A stretch of DNA of 64,000 nt from Acidimicrobiia bacterium (GCA_041567895.1 JBFGAX010000001.1:1578-65577); one strand, 5' to 3'. Counted from the stretch's first letter, positions 42,130-52,254 are shown. Numbers and translations: made by a program. The notes: generated from the letters alone by a model not told the origin.

Positions 42130-42710
42130 ACGCCCTCGGTTCCGTCGATTTCCTCGAGCTGGACTGTCACCCGCTCATCTATCGCCGTTGGAAGGTTCTT
42201 GCCAACGTAATCCGCTCGAATTGGCAGCTGCCGATGACCTCGATCAACCAGAACCGCCAATTGGACATGGGAGGGTCGGCCCAGGTCGGCAAGCGCATCG
42301 AGAGCAGCCCTGATCGTTCGGCCGGTGAACAGCACATCGTCAACGAGGATCACGGTCCGGCCATCCAGGCCTACCGGCACCTCTGTGGGACCAAGCCGGG
42401 TCGTCGGACGATGATCGAGATCGTCTCGGTACATACCCACATCCACCGATCCCACCGGTACCTCCGTGTCGCCGGATTCACGTATCGCGAAAGCGATGCG
42501 ATGCGCCAGAGGCACCCCTCGTGTTGGGATTCCCAAAATCACCACTTGATCGAGATGGCGATGTTGTTCCCGAATCTCGTGTGAGATCCTCCGCAAGGCG
42601 CGTTGGATGTCATCATCGGTGAGCAAAAGCGGACTCGGGCCGGTATGAGCCGGTTTCTGAGCCCCTTTCTGGGCCGTCTGATGAGCCGTTTCGAGGCCGG
42701 GTTCGATCAC
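42108..42710 (-). CDS. pyrR: Bifunctional pyrimidine operon regulator / uracil phosphoribosyltransferase
   Basis: PRTase motif [21 protein letters not shown] start at 42710. Confidence 0.9.
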   Translation of the reverse strand: MIEPGLETAHQTAQKGAQKPAHTGPSPLLLTDDDIQRALRRISHEIREQHRHLDQVVILGIPTRGVPLAHRIAFAIRESGDTEVPVGSVDVGMYRDDLDHRPTTRLGPTEVPVGLDGRTVILVDDVLFTGRTIRAALDALADLGRPSHVQLAVLVDRGHRQLPIRADYVGKNLPTAIDERVTVQLEEIDGTEGVWLERLA

Positions 42711-42713
42711 AGT

Positions 42714-42750
42714 TTCCTTTCCGGCCTCACAGGACCGGTCTTAAAGGTTC
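42714..42750 (-). promoter_or_regulatory. PyrR-binding RNA stem-loop overlapping the pyrR ribosome-binding site
   Basis: The minus-strand leader UUUAAGACCGGUCCUGUGAGGCCGGAAAGGAAACUGUG(start) contains a UCCUGUGAGGCC core resembling the PyrR binding-loop consensus (UCCNGNGAGGNU). The hairpin is GACCGGUCC...GGCCGG. The SD-like AAAGGA lies immediately 3' of it. Confidence 0.5.
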
Positions 42751-42826
42751 AGGCGAGATTAGCGAACGATCGCCTGCAATCTGGTACCCCCGCCCCTGGT
42801 CGCGAAAGATTTGAAAGCTGCGACCC

Positions 42827-43180
42827 CTAAGGACGGGTAGAACGAGCGACTGCCGCGAGCACGCCGTTGACGAACGACCCCGATTGTTCGGTCGAGTACC
42901 GTTTTGCGAGCTCCACGGCCTCGTTGATGATGACGCCGGTTGGTATGTCAGGCCGTGATACCAATTCGAACACGGCCAAACGAAGTATCGATGCGTCGAC
43001 CGAGGCCATGCGTTGTATCGACCAGTTGTTCGCAGCGCTCTCGATGAGACTGTCGATGTCTTGCTGTCGATCAAGCACGCCTTGAACCAGCTCGCCTACC
43101 CGTCCGTCCGGGATGTCGGCCGAATTCCTCGTGTGCCGCTCGTACAACGCCAACAGCGCCTTCTCGCGTGGTTCGGTCAT
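42827..43180 (-). CDS. nusB: Transcription antitermination factor NusB
   Basis: 117 aa; REKALLALYERHTRN...RLAVFEL is the canonical NusB. Confidence 0.9.
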   Translation of the reverse strand: MTEPREKALLALYERHTRNSADIPDGRVGELVQGVLDRQQDIDSLIESAANNWSIQRMASVDASILRLAVFELVSRPDIPTGVIINEAVELAKRYSTEQSGSFVNGVLAAVARSTRP

Positions 43181-43737
43181 GAGATGCGGGTCATGTACTC
43201 CCCGGTCCGGGTATCGACCTTGATGGTGTCGCCAATGTTGACGAACAGCGGAGCCTGCACGACCAATCCGGTTGACAACGTGACGGGCTTCGTGGCCCCC
43301 GAGACTCGATCTCCTTTGACGCCGGGCTCTGTGTGCGTCACCTCTAACTCCACCGAAGCTGGAAGATCGACAGACAGTGGTATTCCGTCGTAAACCGGCA
43401 ACTGCACCGTGGCACCGTCATCGAGGTACGGCACAGCGTCGCCGACCTGTTCGGCACTCAATGCGAACTGAGCGTACGTCTCGAGATCCATGAAATGGAA
43501 GTCGGCACCCGACCGGTACAAAAACTGGTGATCACGCCGATCGATGACCGCTTGTTTGACATCCTCTCCCGCGCGAAACGTCTTGTCGACAACGGCGCCC
43601 GAATTGAGGTTCTTGAGTTTCATTCGCACAAAAGCTTTCCCTTTTCCGGGCTTTACGTGCTGATAGTCGACGATCTGGAACAGACCCTCCGGGAGGTCCA
43701 GAGACTGCCCTGGCCGAACATCATTGGTGGATGCCAT
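43177..43737 (-). CDS. efp: Elongation factor P
   Basis: 186 aa; VKPGKGKAFVRMKLKNL loop with the conserved Lys. Confidence 0.95.
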   Translation of the reverse strand: MASTNDVRPGQSLDLPEGLFQIVDYQHVKPGKGKAFVRMKLKNLNSGAVVDKTFRAGEDVKQAVIDRRDHQFLYRSGADFHFMDLETYAQFALSAEQVGDAVPYLDDGATVQLPVYDGIPLSVDLPASVELEVTHTEPGVKGDRVSGATKPVTLSTGLVVQAPLFVNIGDTIKVDTRTGEYMTRIS

Positions 43738-43781
43738 AGTTTCCTTTGAGAACCGGTTTGCGAGCCGGAGTGTAAAGCGTT

Positions 43782-45464
43782 CTAGATATGACGATTGACG
43801 GCGTTCATCACAGCTCGTAGCGACGCAGTTGTGATGTCGGAATGCAAACCGACACCCCAGACCTCTTCATCGTCAACCCGCATCTCCAGGTACGTGACCG
43901 CCTCGGCATCTCTGCCCGTGCCCATCGCATGTTCGTGATAGTCCATCACCCGCAGCGATATACCCAAGCGATCCTCAACGGCGGCAACGAATGCGTCCAC
44001 GGCACCGTTGCCTTCGCCGACAATCGTCCACTGTTCTCCGGATTCCTCTATGAGGGCTTCCACCGTTGTCCGGTCGTTTCCGCGAGCATTGTGCGAGCTG
44101 GTGTGCCGGATCAAGCGGTATTTGGCGTCGGGAGGGTTGACATACGTGCTACGGAATTCGGTCCATATCTCGTTCGGTTGGATCTCTCTTCCGGTTTCAT
44201 CCGTGATCGATTGGATGACACGCATGAAATCAATCTGCAGCCGCCTTGGCAGCTCCATCTTCTGCTCTGTCTTCAACACGTACGCCACACCGCCCTTGCC
44301 AGACTGGCTGTTGACGCGAATCACGTCCTCGTACGATCGACCGAGATCTGCCGGGTCAAGTGGCAGGTACGGCACGTCCCACAGCGCCTCACCTCCGACA
44401 GCCGCATCCTCCTTCTCCTGGGCCTCGAATCCCTTCTTTATCGCATCCTGATGCGATCCCGAGAATGCGGTATAGACCAGATCACCCACGTACGGATGAC
44501 GAGGATGGACCGGCAATTGATTGCAGTGTTCGGCCACCCTGCGTATCTCATTGATGTCGCTGAGGTCCAGGCCGGGATCGACCCCCTGGGTGAAGAGATT
44601 GAGAGCAAGGGTCACGACATCGACGTTTCCGGTTCGTTCGCCGTTTCCGAACAGCGTGCCTTCAACCCGGTCGGCGCCTGCCATCACTCCGAACTCGGCT
44701 GCGGCGACCGCCGTCCCCCGATCGTTGTGCGGGTGCACACTCAGGACAATCGCCTCACGCCGATCGAGATTCGTGTGCATCCATTCGATCATGTCGCCAA
44801 AGAGGTTGGCCGTCGACATCTCAACTGTCGCCGGAAGGTTGATGATCACCTTGTCCGACGGTGTCGGCTCGAAGACATCCATGACCGCCTCACACACCTC
44901 TTTTGCGAACGGCAGTTCGGTACCCGTGAAACTCTCCGGCGAGTATTCGTATCGAATGCGGGTGTCGCCCATCGCGGCTTCGAACTCCTTGCAGTGTTCA
45001 GCGCCCTTCACCGCGATATCGACGATTCCGGCCTCGTCCAACCCGAAGACGACCCGTCGCTGCGTTGTCGACGTCGAGTTGTAGAGATGCATGATCCCCT
45101 CACGGGCTCCGACGAGGCTTTCGTATGACCGTTCGATGAGATCGCGCCGCGCCTGCGTCAACACCTGGATCGTTACATCGTCCGGGATGAGATCCTCTTC
45201 GATGATGAGGCGCACGAAATCAAAATCCGTCGCCGAAGCGGCAGGAAATCCAACTTCGATCTCCTTGAAGCCCAACGCGACGAGTGTCTGGAACATCATG
45301 AGCTTCCGCTCCGAGTCCATCGGATCGATGAGCGCCTGATTGCCGTCTCGTAGATCAACACTGCACCAGATTGGTGACGTGGTGATGCGGGTATCGGGCC
45401 AGGTTCGATTACCCAGCTCGACGGAGGGGAAGGGTCTGTATTTGTGGACAGGCATGCGGTTCAT
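43782..45464 (-). CDS. leuA: 2-isopropylmalate synthase (long, mycobacterial-type LeuA)
   Basis: 560 aa; HxH TIM-barrel catalytic domain ([10 protein letters not shown]...) plus a C-terminal regulatory domain. Confidence 0.9.
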   Translation of the reverse strand: MNRMPVHKYRPFPSVELGNRTWPDTRITTSPIWCSVDLRDGNQALIDPMDSERKLMMFQTLVALGFKEIEVGFPAASATDFDFVRLIIEEDLIPDDVTIQVLTQARRDLIERSYESLVGAREGIMHLYNSTSTTQRRVVFGLDEAGIVDIAVKGAEHCKEFEAAMGDTRIRYEYSPESFTGTELPFAKEVCEAVMDVFEPTPSDKVIINLPATVEMSTANLFGDMIEWMHTNLDRREAIVLSVHPHNDRGTAVAAAEFGVMAGADRVEGTLFGNGERTGNVDVVTLALNLFTQGVDPGLDLSDINEIRRVAEHCNQLPVHPRHPYVGDLVYTAFSGSHQDAIKKGFEAQEKEDAAVGGEALWDVPYLPLDPADLGRSYEDVIRVNSQSGKGGVAYVLKTEQKMELPRRLQIDFMRVIQSITDETGREIQPNEIWTEFRSTYVNPPDAKYRLIRHTSSHNARGNDRTTVEALIEESGEQWTIVGEGNGAVDAFVAAVEDRLGISLRVMDYHEHAMGTGRDAEAVTYLEMRVDDEEVWGVGLHSDITTASLRAVMNAVNRHI

Positions 45465-45594
45465 CGGTGAACTCCCGGGAATTGCGACGTGACGTGTGAG
45501 CGGGTTCCGGCAGCGTTAGCGCGCCGGGCGCGTAAGTCGAAGAACCGACTTGTTGCGTGGAGAGTCGTCGTGCGTCGTCACAATGCGATTGAGC

Positions 45595-46623
45595 CTATTG
45601 GACGGCTGCCCCGGCCGCAACCATCGCAGCCGTGATCAACGCCGGGTCGACATGCATGACAACGGGGTCGCCGAATGCTCTCAAGAGCACCATTCGCAGT
45701 CCCCCGGCGTCCCGTTTCTTATCGAGAACAACCAGTTCCTCGAGATCATCTAGAGCAAGGTCTGGAATCCGGGTGGGAAGATTTTGGGCAGCAAGCAAGG
45801 TTTTCTGACGCGCGCTGCCATCAAAGCCGAGAAGCTCACGCGAAATGTCGGCCGCTACCGTCATGCCGATAGACACTGCGTCGCCGTGTGGCAGGCTGCC
45901 CGCGATCTCCACTGCGTGTCCAACCGTATGTCCGTAGTTGAGGATTGCGCGGCGGCCCGACTCTTTCCAATCGTCGCTCACAATATCGGCCTTGACACGC
46001 ACGGCTTCCAACACCACTTCATCGAGATCGACCAGTGGGCCCTCGATTTCGTAAAGATCAAGAATGCGGTCGCTGCCGATGCATCCGGCCTTGATGACTT
46101 CTGCGTGTCCCTGCCGGGCAATCGCTGAAGGGAGCTCGGCCAGCAGCAGGGTATCAATCACAACCCGCGACGGGTGCGAAAAGACCCCAACGAGGTTCTT
46201 GCCGTCGACGTTGACTCCGGTTTTGCCTCCGATCGCCGCGTCCACTGCTCCGAGCAATGTGGTCGGAACATAGACCGCCTCAATGCCACGCAGATACGTA
46301 CCGGCCACGAACCCGGCCAGATCGGTTGCGGCCCCGCCGCCGACGCCCACCACGGTGTCGGCGCGGCTCATCCCGATGCTGTTCAGCCAGCGAAACACCG
46401 CGCCGGCCGTCTCGAGACTCTTTGCCGCCTCTCCATCCGGTAGTTCAAAAAGGTCAGCCCGAGGTAGCCGATCGAGAAGTGCTTGGGCCACCTCCTCTGG
46501 CTTTCCCGGTTGGTGAAGAACCGCAACACGATGCCGATCCCGGTCGTTGACGATCGGGTCCGTCTCGATCGTCCCTTTCCCGATAACGATCTCGCAGTCG
46601 GAAATGTGTATCCGGTGTGACAT
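45595..46623 (-). CDS. aroB: 3-dehydroquinate synthase
   Basis: The track ORF starts inside aroC. The probable start is MSHRIHISDCEIVIGKG (ATG 46623, 4 nt after the aroC stop). Glycine-rich NAD loop VVGVGGGAATDLAGF is present. Confidence 0.85.
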   Translation of the reverse strand: MSHRIHISDCEIVIGKGTIETDPIVNDRDRHRVAVLHQPGKPEEVAQALLDRLPRADLFELPDGEAAKSLETAGAVFRWLNSIGMSRADTVVGVGGGAATDLAGFVAGTYLRGIEAVYVPTTLLGAVDAAIGGKTGVNVDGKNLVGVFSHPSRVVIDTLLLAELPSAIARQGHAEVIKAGCIGSDRILDLYEIEGPLVDLDEVVLEAVRVKADIVSDDWKESGRRAILNYGHTVGHAVEIAGSLPHGDAVSIGMTVAADISRELLGFDGSARQKTLLAAQNLPTRIPDLALDDLEELVVLDKKRDAGGLRMVLLRAFGDPVVMHVDPALITAAMVAAGAAVQ

Positions 46624-46627
46624 GGGA

Positions 46628-47779
46628 TCAGAAGGTAGCGATGCGCTTGCGATATGCCTCGACTGCCCCGACGAAATCCGAAATCGTGTCTCCCCCAAAC
46701 TTGCGTTGCATCTCCTGGGCAAGCACGATCGCCACCATTGATTCTGCGACTACTCCGGCCGCAGGCACTGCGCAGACATCCGAGCGTTCCCGAATGGCCG
46801 ATTTCTCATCCTTCGTCTCGACATCGACGGTTTTGAGTGCCTTCATCAACGTGGAGATCGGCTTCATTGCAGCCCGCACCCGCACCACCTGGCCGTTTGT
46901 CATGCCTCCCTCGATGCCTCCCGCCCTATCCGTACCCCGGACAAACTCTCCTTCGGCGTACGCGATCTCATCATGGGCGACCGATCCCCTTCTCCTCGCC
47001 GATTCGAAACCGTCCCCTACCTCGACTCCCTTGATCGCCTGAATGGACATCAGCCCCATCGCCAGCAGAGCGTCCAGTTTCCGGTCGTAGTGGACGTGAC
47101 TTCCAACCCCAACTGGCACCCCATATGCCAACACTTCGACGACGCCACCGAGGGTATCACGATCGGCTTTGGCCGCTTCGATGGCTGCGACCATGGCTGA
47201 TTCCGAGGCCGGGTCAGCAGACCGAACGGGAGAGGCGTCGATGGTGGAGAGATCATCGGGTGTCGGCATGGGACCGGTCGCTTCCGCTTCACCGATAGCA
47301 ACCACGTGCGAAAACACCTCTACGCCTACCTGATGCAATAGTTGCTTGGCCAGATAGCCGGCGACGGCCCTGGCAGCAGTTTCCCTGGCGGAGGCTCGTT
47401 CGAGAATGTCGCGAGCATCGTGCGTGTCATATTTTTGCATTCCCGCCAGATCGGCATGTCCCGGGCGGGGAGCTGTAGCGGGACGGGCGCTGGTCCCGGA
47501 TTCGGGATTCATCTCTTCCGTCCACTTGGTCGCGAATTCGGTATTTCGTACCAGTACCGAAACCGGGGATCCGAGCGTCATCCCAAAACGAAGACCGCCC
47601 AGGAACTCGATCTCGTCCTGTTCCAACTGCATACGCCGACCTCGCCCATAGCCGAGGCGCCGCCGGGCCAACTCGGCGGCAAGCCCTTCGCGACTCACGG
47701 GCAGACCAGACGGAAGACCTTCAACGATGGTGGTCAGGCCGGGCCCGTGCGATTCTCCAGCGGTCAACAAGCGCATCAT
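46628..47779 (-). CDS. aroC: Chorismate synthase
   Basis: 383 aa; MRLLTAGESHGPGL is the canonical N-terminus. Confidence 0.9.
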   Translation of the reverse strand: MMRLLTAGESHGPGLTTIVEGLPSGLPVSREGLAAELARRRLGYGRGRRMQLEQDEIEFLGGLRFGMTLGSPVSVLVRNTEFATKWTEEMNPESGTSARPATAPRPGHADLAGMQKYDTHDARDILERASARETAARAVAGYLAKQLLHQVGVEVFSHVVAIGEAEATGPMPTPDDLSTIDASPVRSADPASESAMVAAIEAAKADRDTLGGVVEVLAYGVPVGVGSHVHYDRKLDALLAMGLMSIQAIKGVEVGDGFESARRRGSVAHDEIAYAEGEFVRGTDRAGGIEGGMTNGQVVRVRAAMKPISTLMKALKTVDVETKDEKSAIRERSDVCAVPAAGVVAESMVAIVLAQEMQRKFGGDTISDFVGAVEAYRKRIATF

Positions 47780-47829
47780 ATTCGTCGAGATGGTAGCTGT
47801 CGCCGCAATGAGCTCTCGGCCAACCGCCG

Positions 47830-48342
47830 CTACTTCAGAATCTGTTGTCCCTCACCCAAAACGAACGTCGAGTCACCAAAGAGGAACGTGACCTTGTCGT
47901 CGTCCAGGGCGACAATCTTGTACCGACCGGCAAATGTTTCGCCGACGCCAACGGTGTACTCGGTGCCATCGACCCGAACGATTGCCCTTCGATTCCCAGC
48001 GGCATCGGTGGTTATAGCCACGACTGTCACATTACTTCCGGCGAGTGGATCATCGGATCCGGTGACGTCGGGGGCACCGACAATGAGGGGTCGAAACGGA
48101 TCGCGGGGTTGGGCAGCCTGGAAAGCCTCCACCACACGTGAGCCGCGCAACAAACTGTCCGTGGAGCCGACGCCCGCAACCACGCCGGCGTCGGTGGCTG
48201 ACGGCAGCACGACGTTCTGCGGAGCATCGAGCGTCGTGCGCGAGGCGCCGAAGACGCCAGGCGCCACCAGCAGCCAGCTGATCGACACCAGCGCAGCCAG
48301 CAGCAAAATCGTCGTGATGAGTGTCGAGCTTCGCTTGACCAT
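47830..48342 (-). CDS. PilP-like type IV pilus assembly protein (N-terminal TM anchor, no lipobox)
   Basis: 170 aa; N-terminal TM helix, RDPFRP motif, then a beta-rich domain (AIVRVDGTEYTVGVGETFAGRYKIVALDDDKVTFLFGDSTFVL) resembling the PilP C-domain. It lies immediately downstream of pilM/N/O. Confidence 0.55.
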   Translation of the reverse strand: MVKRSSTLITTILLLAALVSISWLLVAPGVFGASRTTLDAPQNVVLPSATDAGVVAGVGSTDSLLRGSRVVEAFQAAQPRDPFRPLIVGAPDVTGSDDPLAGSNVTVVAITTDAAGNRRAIVRVDGTEYTVGVGETFAGRYKIVALDDDKVTFLFGDSTFVLGEGQQILK

Positions 48343-48923
48343 CAGTTCACCGCCTCCTCTAGTTCCAGGGTTCCCGGCAGTGGATTGGTTGAGAAGGCCC
48401 TTGCCGTCAAATTGGTCTGGAGAATGTTTGTCGACGTCTCTTCATCGAGATTGGCCGAGATCGAAAGCTGATCGACACGGATCAGCCTGTCGAGATCCTC
48501 CAAATCGAACAGGAATTGCAGCGTCCTGAAGTACTCGCCCTCGATCCCGAGATTGAGCGCGATTTCGTAGAGGTCCTCACTCAGCGTCGAACTGGCAGGC
48601 GGTATGGCCGAAAGCTGGGTAATAGTGAGCCCCGAGTCCCTCGCCAGAGCCCGGATGGACTCGAGCAATGCGGCCTCACTTGGATCCTCCGGGATCGAGA
48701 CAGAAATCTCAGCCACGGCGGCGTCGAACTGACCCTGCTGTCGCTGCAGCTCCAACAATCTCGTGATGCGAGCCTCGAGGGTCTCTTGCTCTTGCACTGC
48801 CGTCTGTAGATCAGCCTCGACATCATCAATAGTGGCAGTCGATCCCCGCCAAAACAAGAAAAACCAAAGAGCCAAAATGACCAATCCCACAAGCACCGCT
48901 ATCAACACATTCCGTCGGTTCAT
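48342..48923 (-). CDS. pilO: Type IV pilus assembly protein PilO-like
   Basis: 193 aa; N-terminal TM, coiled-coil (LQTAVQEQETLEARITRLLELQRQQ) and a C-terminal alpha/beta domain. Start overlaps the pilN stop. Confidence 0.65.
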   Translation of the reverse strand: MNRRNVLIAVLVGLVILALWFFLFWRGSTATIDDVEADLQTAVQEQETLEARITRLLELQRQQGQFDAAVAEISVSIPEDPSEAALLESIRALARDSGLTITQLSAIPPASSTLSEDLYEIALNLGIEGEYFRTLQFLFDLEDLDRLIRVDQLSISANLDEETSTNILQTNLTARAFSTNPLPGTLELEEAVN

Positions 48924-49519
48924 GAGATCTCCGGAATTCTGGATGCGATTCTGGTGCTGGCCGCTCCTTCAGTGAGTTGTGCCGTCGACTGATAGCTGAC
49001 GACCTCAACCCCACTGACGTCAGCAGCGGTGACCGAAGTCACCCAGGTAGAACCGAGTCCGGCGTAATTGGTGTTGTCGACCGAGCGCAGCCAGTTGGCT
49101 ACGTCCTCGTATTCGAACGCCGTACCCGAGACCGATATCTGCTCTTCATTTCCCGTCAGCGTGTTGAGCCACACGCGGTCCGGAATGAATCGGCCGAGAT
49201 CATTGAGCAGGCGAGCCCACGAGACATCTCCAGCAAGAGCTGCAGCCACGAGCTCGGTTCTGGCCTCGAAATTCTGGAGAGGAATTTCGAATTGGCCGAG
49301 AGAATCGATTTCGGCCTGTCTCGCTGCATTTGCTTGTTGCTGGGCAACGAGATCGTCTTCGAGGTCCCGGATGGTTGAGAGGCGCCCGAGTGTCAGAAAT
49401 GCAAGCAAGACGACCAGCAGCACCAGACCCGCCAGCAAAACGACGCGGTTGCGACGAGACGCCTCCTCTTCGAAGATCTCGCCAGGAAGGAGGTTTATAT
49501 CTCTCATTCGGGGCTCCAC
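48920..49519 (-). CDS. pilN: Type IV pilus assembly protein PilN
   Basis: 199 aa; INLLP motif (DINLLPGE) followed by a TM segment and periplasmic domain. Confidence 0.75.
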   Translation of the reverse strand: MEPRMRDINLLPGEIFEEEASRRNRVVLLAGLVLLVVLLAFLTLGRLSTIRDLEDDLVAQQQANAARQAEIDSLGQFEIPLQNFEARTELVAAALAGDVSWARLLNDLGRFIPDRVWLNTLTGNEEQISVSGTAFEYEDVANWLRSVDNTNYAGLGSTWVTSVTAADVSGVEVVSYQSTAQLTEGAASTRIASRIPEIS

Positions 49520-50565
49520 AGGGCCAGGCCGACCGGGACCGGGAGCACAGGCTGCAGAGGGGATACGACTTCATCGGACAGTTTGCCGGTGCTGAGGTGA
49601 CTGAGAACGCGAGCGGGTTCTACCGGTGCATCGAGCGCACGCCCGAGTCGATTGGCCAGGTGAGGCAGGCGGGCGCCGTTACCGGCCACAATCACCTTGC
49701 TCACCGAACCACCATCGCCCTGGCTCAGGAAGAAGTTGACGGATCCGCGAATCTCTTCAATGAACCTGCCGGCCTCTGCGGTCAAGAGTGACTGGGCCAC
49801 TTCGTCTTCGGTCTCGTCCCCGGATGCTGCGGCCGCGTCGTCATCCACCGAAATCCCGATCCGACGTTTGAGCTGCTCGGCGGCTTGGAATTCGAGATTC
49901 AAACCCTCAACGAGCGTCTCTGTGAACGCCGAACCACCGGTTTGAATGATGCGAACAAAACGTGGGGTCAATCCACTGACGAGCACGACCTGCGTGATGT
50001 CGGCCCCGATATCGACCAACACGGCAATACCGCTTACCGGCTGAGGAACCAGGGACCGGACGAGGGCAAAAGCTTGGAGATCGACAGCGATGACATTGAG
50101 TCCTGCAGAGGTGGTGACATCGAGGAAATCCTGAACCATCGATCGATGAGCGGCAACGGCGAGGATGGCCTGCATCGGTTCGCCCTCTGGCGTTGTGAAC
50201 TCGTCGATGCCAACGTGGTCGAGGATTGCCTCCTCGACTGACATTGGCATGTACTCCTGAACTTGAAACGGGAGGGCATCTCTCAACTCCGCTTCACCCA
50301 TCAGAGGAACATCGACCTGACGAACCACGACTCGCTGATTGGCGATGCCGATAACCACCCTCTTCTTGGGCAATCGATGCTTGCGCCAGAGCTCCTTGAT
50401 GGCGTCGACGATCGCAGCCCCGTCGATGATCTCGCCTGCGGCAACTGCACCTTCTGGCAACAGCACCTCACCGACCTTGCGAAGGACGGGCTGTGACTTT
50501 CCGGCGTCAATGGCCACAGCGCGAACGCTGCTGGAACCTATATCCAGGCCAACGTTGACTGCCAT
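49504..50565 (-). CDS. pilM: Type IV pilus assembly ATPase-like actin-fold protein PilM
   Basis: 353 aa; MAVNVGLDIGSSSVRAV (FtsA/actin-like phosphate-1 motif) with PilM-family architecture. Confidence 0.85.
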   Translation of the reverse strand: MAVNVGLDIGSSSVRAVAIDAGKSQPVLRKVGEVLLPEGAVAAGEIIDGAAIVDAIKELWRKHRLPKKRVVIGIANQRVVVRQVDVPLMGEAELRDALPFQVQEYMPMSVEEAILDHVGIDEFTTPEGEPMQAILAVAAHRSMVQDFLDVTTSAGLNVIAVDLQAFALVRSLVPQPVSGIAVLVDIGADITQVVLVSGLTPRFVRIIQTGGSAFTETLVEGLNLEFQAAEQLKRRIGISVDDDAAAASGDETEDEVAQSLLTAEAGRFIEEIRGSVNFFLSQGDGGSVSKVIVAGNGARLPHLANRLGRALDAPVEPARVLSHLSTGKLSDEVVSPLQPVLPVPVGLALWSPE

Positions 50566-50650
50566 CTACTCTCCGCCTCTTCATCTCGTGATGTATCCGG
50601 ATGCCCAGCGCGGGCGTTCCGGTTACTGCTTTGGTCTGTCTTGCTCGAGT

Positions 50651-50680
50651 GCTTGTTCGTGCTTGTTCGTGCTTGTTCGG
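50651..50680. repeat. 3x tandem 10-bp repeat (gcttgttcgt) ~85-115 nt upstream of the pilM start
   Basis: gcttgttcgt gcttgttcgt gcttgttcgg, preceded by a degenerate copy (cttgctcgagt). One-helical-turn phasing. Confidence 0.6.
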
Positions 50681-50872
50681 GTTCTGCTGCCGCTCGATCT
50701 TCGGTCGTACATCCACGAACGTGTTGTAATTACGCACGTGTCATTTACTCGGCGAAAGCATAGCGATGAGGGGTATGGCCCGCGGTCTTTGGGCGGGACC
50801 GCGAAAACTTCCCTAAACGGCGCGGTTACGCCGTTATCGGGGAACCCGGTCGTAGTCGCATGTGGGCAAGGT

Positions 50873-51646
50873 TCATAGCCCGAGATACCACGATGCGATG
50901 GAGTCTCCCCAGAGAGCACCCAGCCAAGCTGCCGCCATCATGGCCGGACCGAATGGCATTTTGGCTTTCCGTCCACGTTTCGTGAACACCATGATCGCAA
51001 CTCCGGCCAATCCCCCGATCAAGAATGCGAGAAAGACACCAACGACCAGCTCCGACCATCCCGAATAGGCCATCACAAATCCGAGCAAAAAGGCCAGTTT
51101 GACATCGCCGAAGCCGAATCCCCCCGGGGTGATCATGAACAGAACGAAGAAAAGTACGAGGTAGGCGAAGCCGCCTGCGAACGCACCAGGCAGTTGGTCG
51201 GTCTGTCCCTCGAGAACGCTGCCACCGATGAACAGTGCAATCGTCAACCCGGTGCCGGTGAACACGATGCGATCGGGCAGACGCTTGTGATCGAGATCAG
51301 TGAGTATCAAGGCAATCGTGGTGCCCGCAAAGAACAGATACCCGGCCAACAAGGCATTGGGGCCGACCCACCAGGCAACGAGACCAAAGCTGACGGCCGT
51401 CGCCACTTCCACCACGGCGTACCGTCCGGAAACCGGATTCCCGCAATCACGGCATTTGCCGCCGAGACGCAGCCAGCCGATAACCGGGATATTGTCCGAC
51501 GAACGAATCGGGGCATCACAAACCGGACAAGCCGAACCCGGGGTAACTACCGATTTGCCCAACGGCACCCGATAGGCAACCACATTCAAGAACGATCCGA
51601 TAACGAGCCCAACCAGACCTGAAAACGCGATCAGCAGCTCATGCAT
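50873..51646 (-). CDS. pilD: Prepilin peptidase (A24 family, PilD)
   Basis: 257 aa; N-terminal zinc-binding CPVCDAP...CRDCGNP tetracysteine. Catalytic Asp context is present (DLDHKRLPD; GFGFGDVKL). Confidence 0.9.
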   Translation of the reverse strand: MHELLIAFSGLVGLVIGSFLNVVAYRVPLGKSVVTPGSACPVCDAPIRSSDNIPVIGWLRLGGKCRDCGNPVSGRYAVVEVATAVSFGLVAWWVGPNALLAGYLFFAGTTIALILTDLDHKRLPDRIVFTGTGLTIALFIGGSVLEGQTDQLPGAFAGGFAYLVLFFVLFMITPGGFGFGDVKLAFLLGFVMAYSGWSELVVGVFLAFLIGGLAGVAIMVFTKRGRKAKMPFGPAMMAAAWLGALWGDSIASWYLGL

Positions 51647-51655
51647 GCTCTATTG

Positions 51656-52147
51656 CTACCAGCCGGAGGCGGCCCACACCGGAGAAGGTGGAACCAGCGA
51701 GGGACAGGAACCACCGAAAAGCCCGGAGGCGGTAGACGCCTTACCGAACGCGGTAGCGTCCTGGACCGCATCCCAGATCCCGAACCAGGTTCCCGATTGG
51801 CTTTGCACAACCACGCAAACCGTGTCGCTTCCGTTGACGGCGACTCCGACCTGTCCGACTCCCGGTGTCAGCGATGCCACAAAGGCCAGGCTCGGTTCGA
51901 CTTCCTGTAGCACGGTCACATCGTCGGTATACGCGATCGTGGCTGCCATCACGCTCTTTTCGGCGACCAGGCCATGGCGTAGCGCAGTCTGAGCAGCTCG
52001 ATCCTGGGCAGTGGTCCGCTGACCGAGGAATGTCGGAACTGCGATAGAAACCAGGATCGCTACGATCAAAACAACCACCATCAGCTCTATCAAGCTGAAA
52101 CCGGCCTCACTGTCTCTCCTGAACATGAGACAGTATCGACGCCTCAC
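51656..52147 (-). CDS. pilA: Type IV pilin (class III signal peptide), copy 1
   Basis: ...EAG|FSLIELMVVVLIVAILVSIAVPTF has the prepilin cleavage site G/F and Glu+5, with a C-terminal Cys pair. The start is either GTG 52147 or ATG 52126. Confidence 0.85.
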   Translation of the reverse strand: MRRRYCLMFRRDSEAGFSLIELMVVVLIVAILVSIAVPTFLGQRTTAQDRAAQTALRHGLVAEKSVMAATIAYTDDVTVLQEVEPSLAFVASLTPGVGQVGVAVNGSDTVCVVVQSQSGTWFGIWDAVQDATAFGKASTASGLFGGSCPSLVPPSPVWAASGW

Positions 52148-52180
52148 AAACCGGCCTTGAAAGATTCCCCGCAGCCCACA

Positions 52181-52214
52181 TCAAAAAGAGCGGGACCCAG
52201 TCGGGTCCCGCTCT
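52181..52214 (-). terminator. Strong intrinsic terminator between the two pilin genes
   Basis: Perfect 12-bp stem agagcgggaccc/gggtcccgctct with loop agtc, followed by UUUUU on the minus-strand transcript. It sits 40 nt downstream of the pilin copy-2 stop. Confidence 0.65.
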
Positions 52215-52254
52215 AGATGAAGCCTCGTGAGAGGCTTTACCAACTAGTCAGCTG

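Noticed and set aside
45465-45594. Leucine leader peptide / T-box attenuator upstream of leuA
   Set aside because: The only small frame (GTG...TAA, 21 codons) has no Leu codon run. No T-box-like specifier/antiterminator sequences or U-tract terminator are visible.
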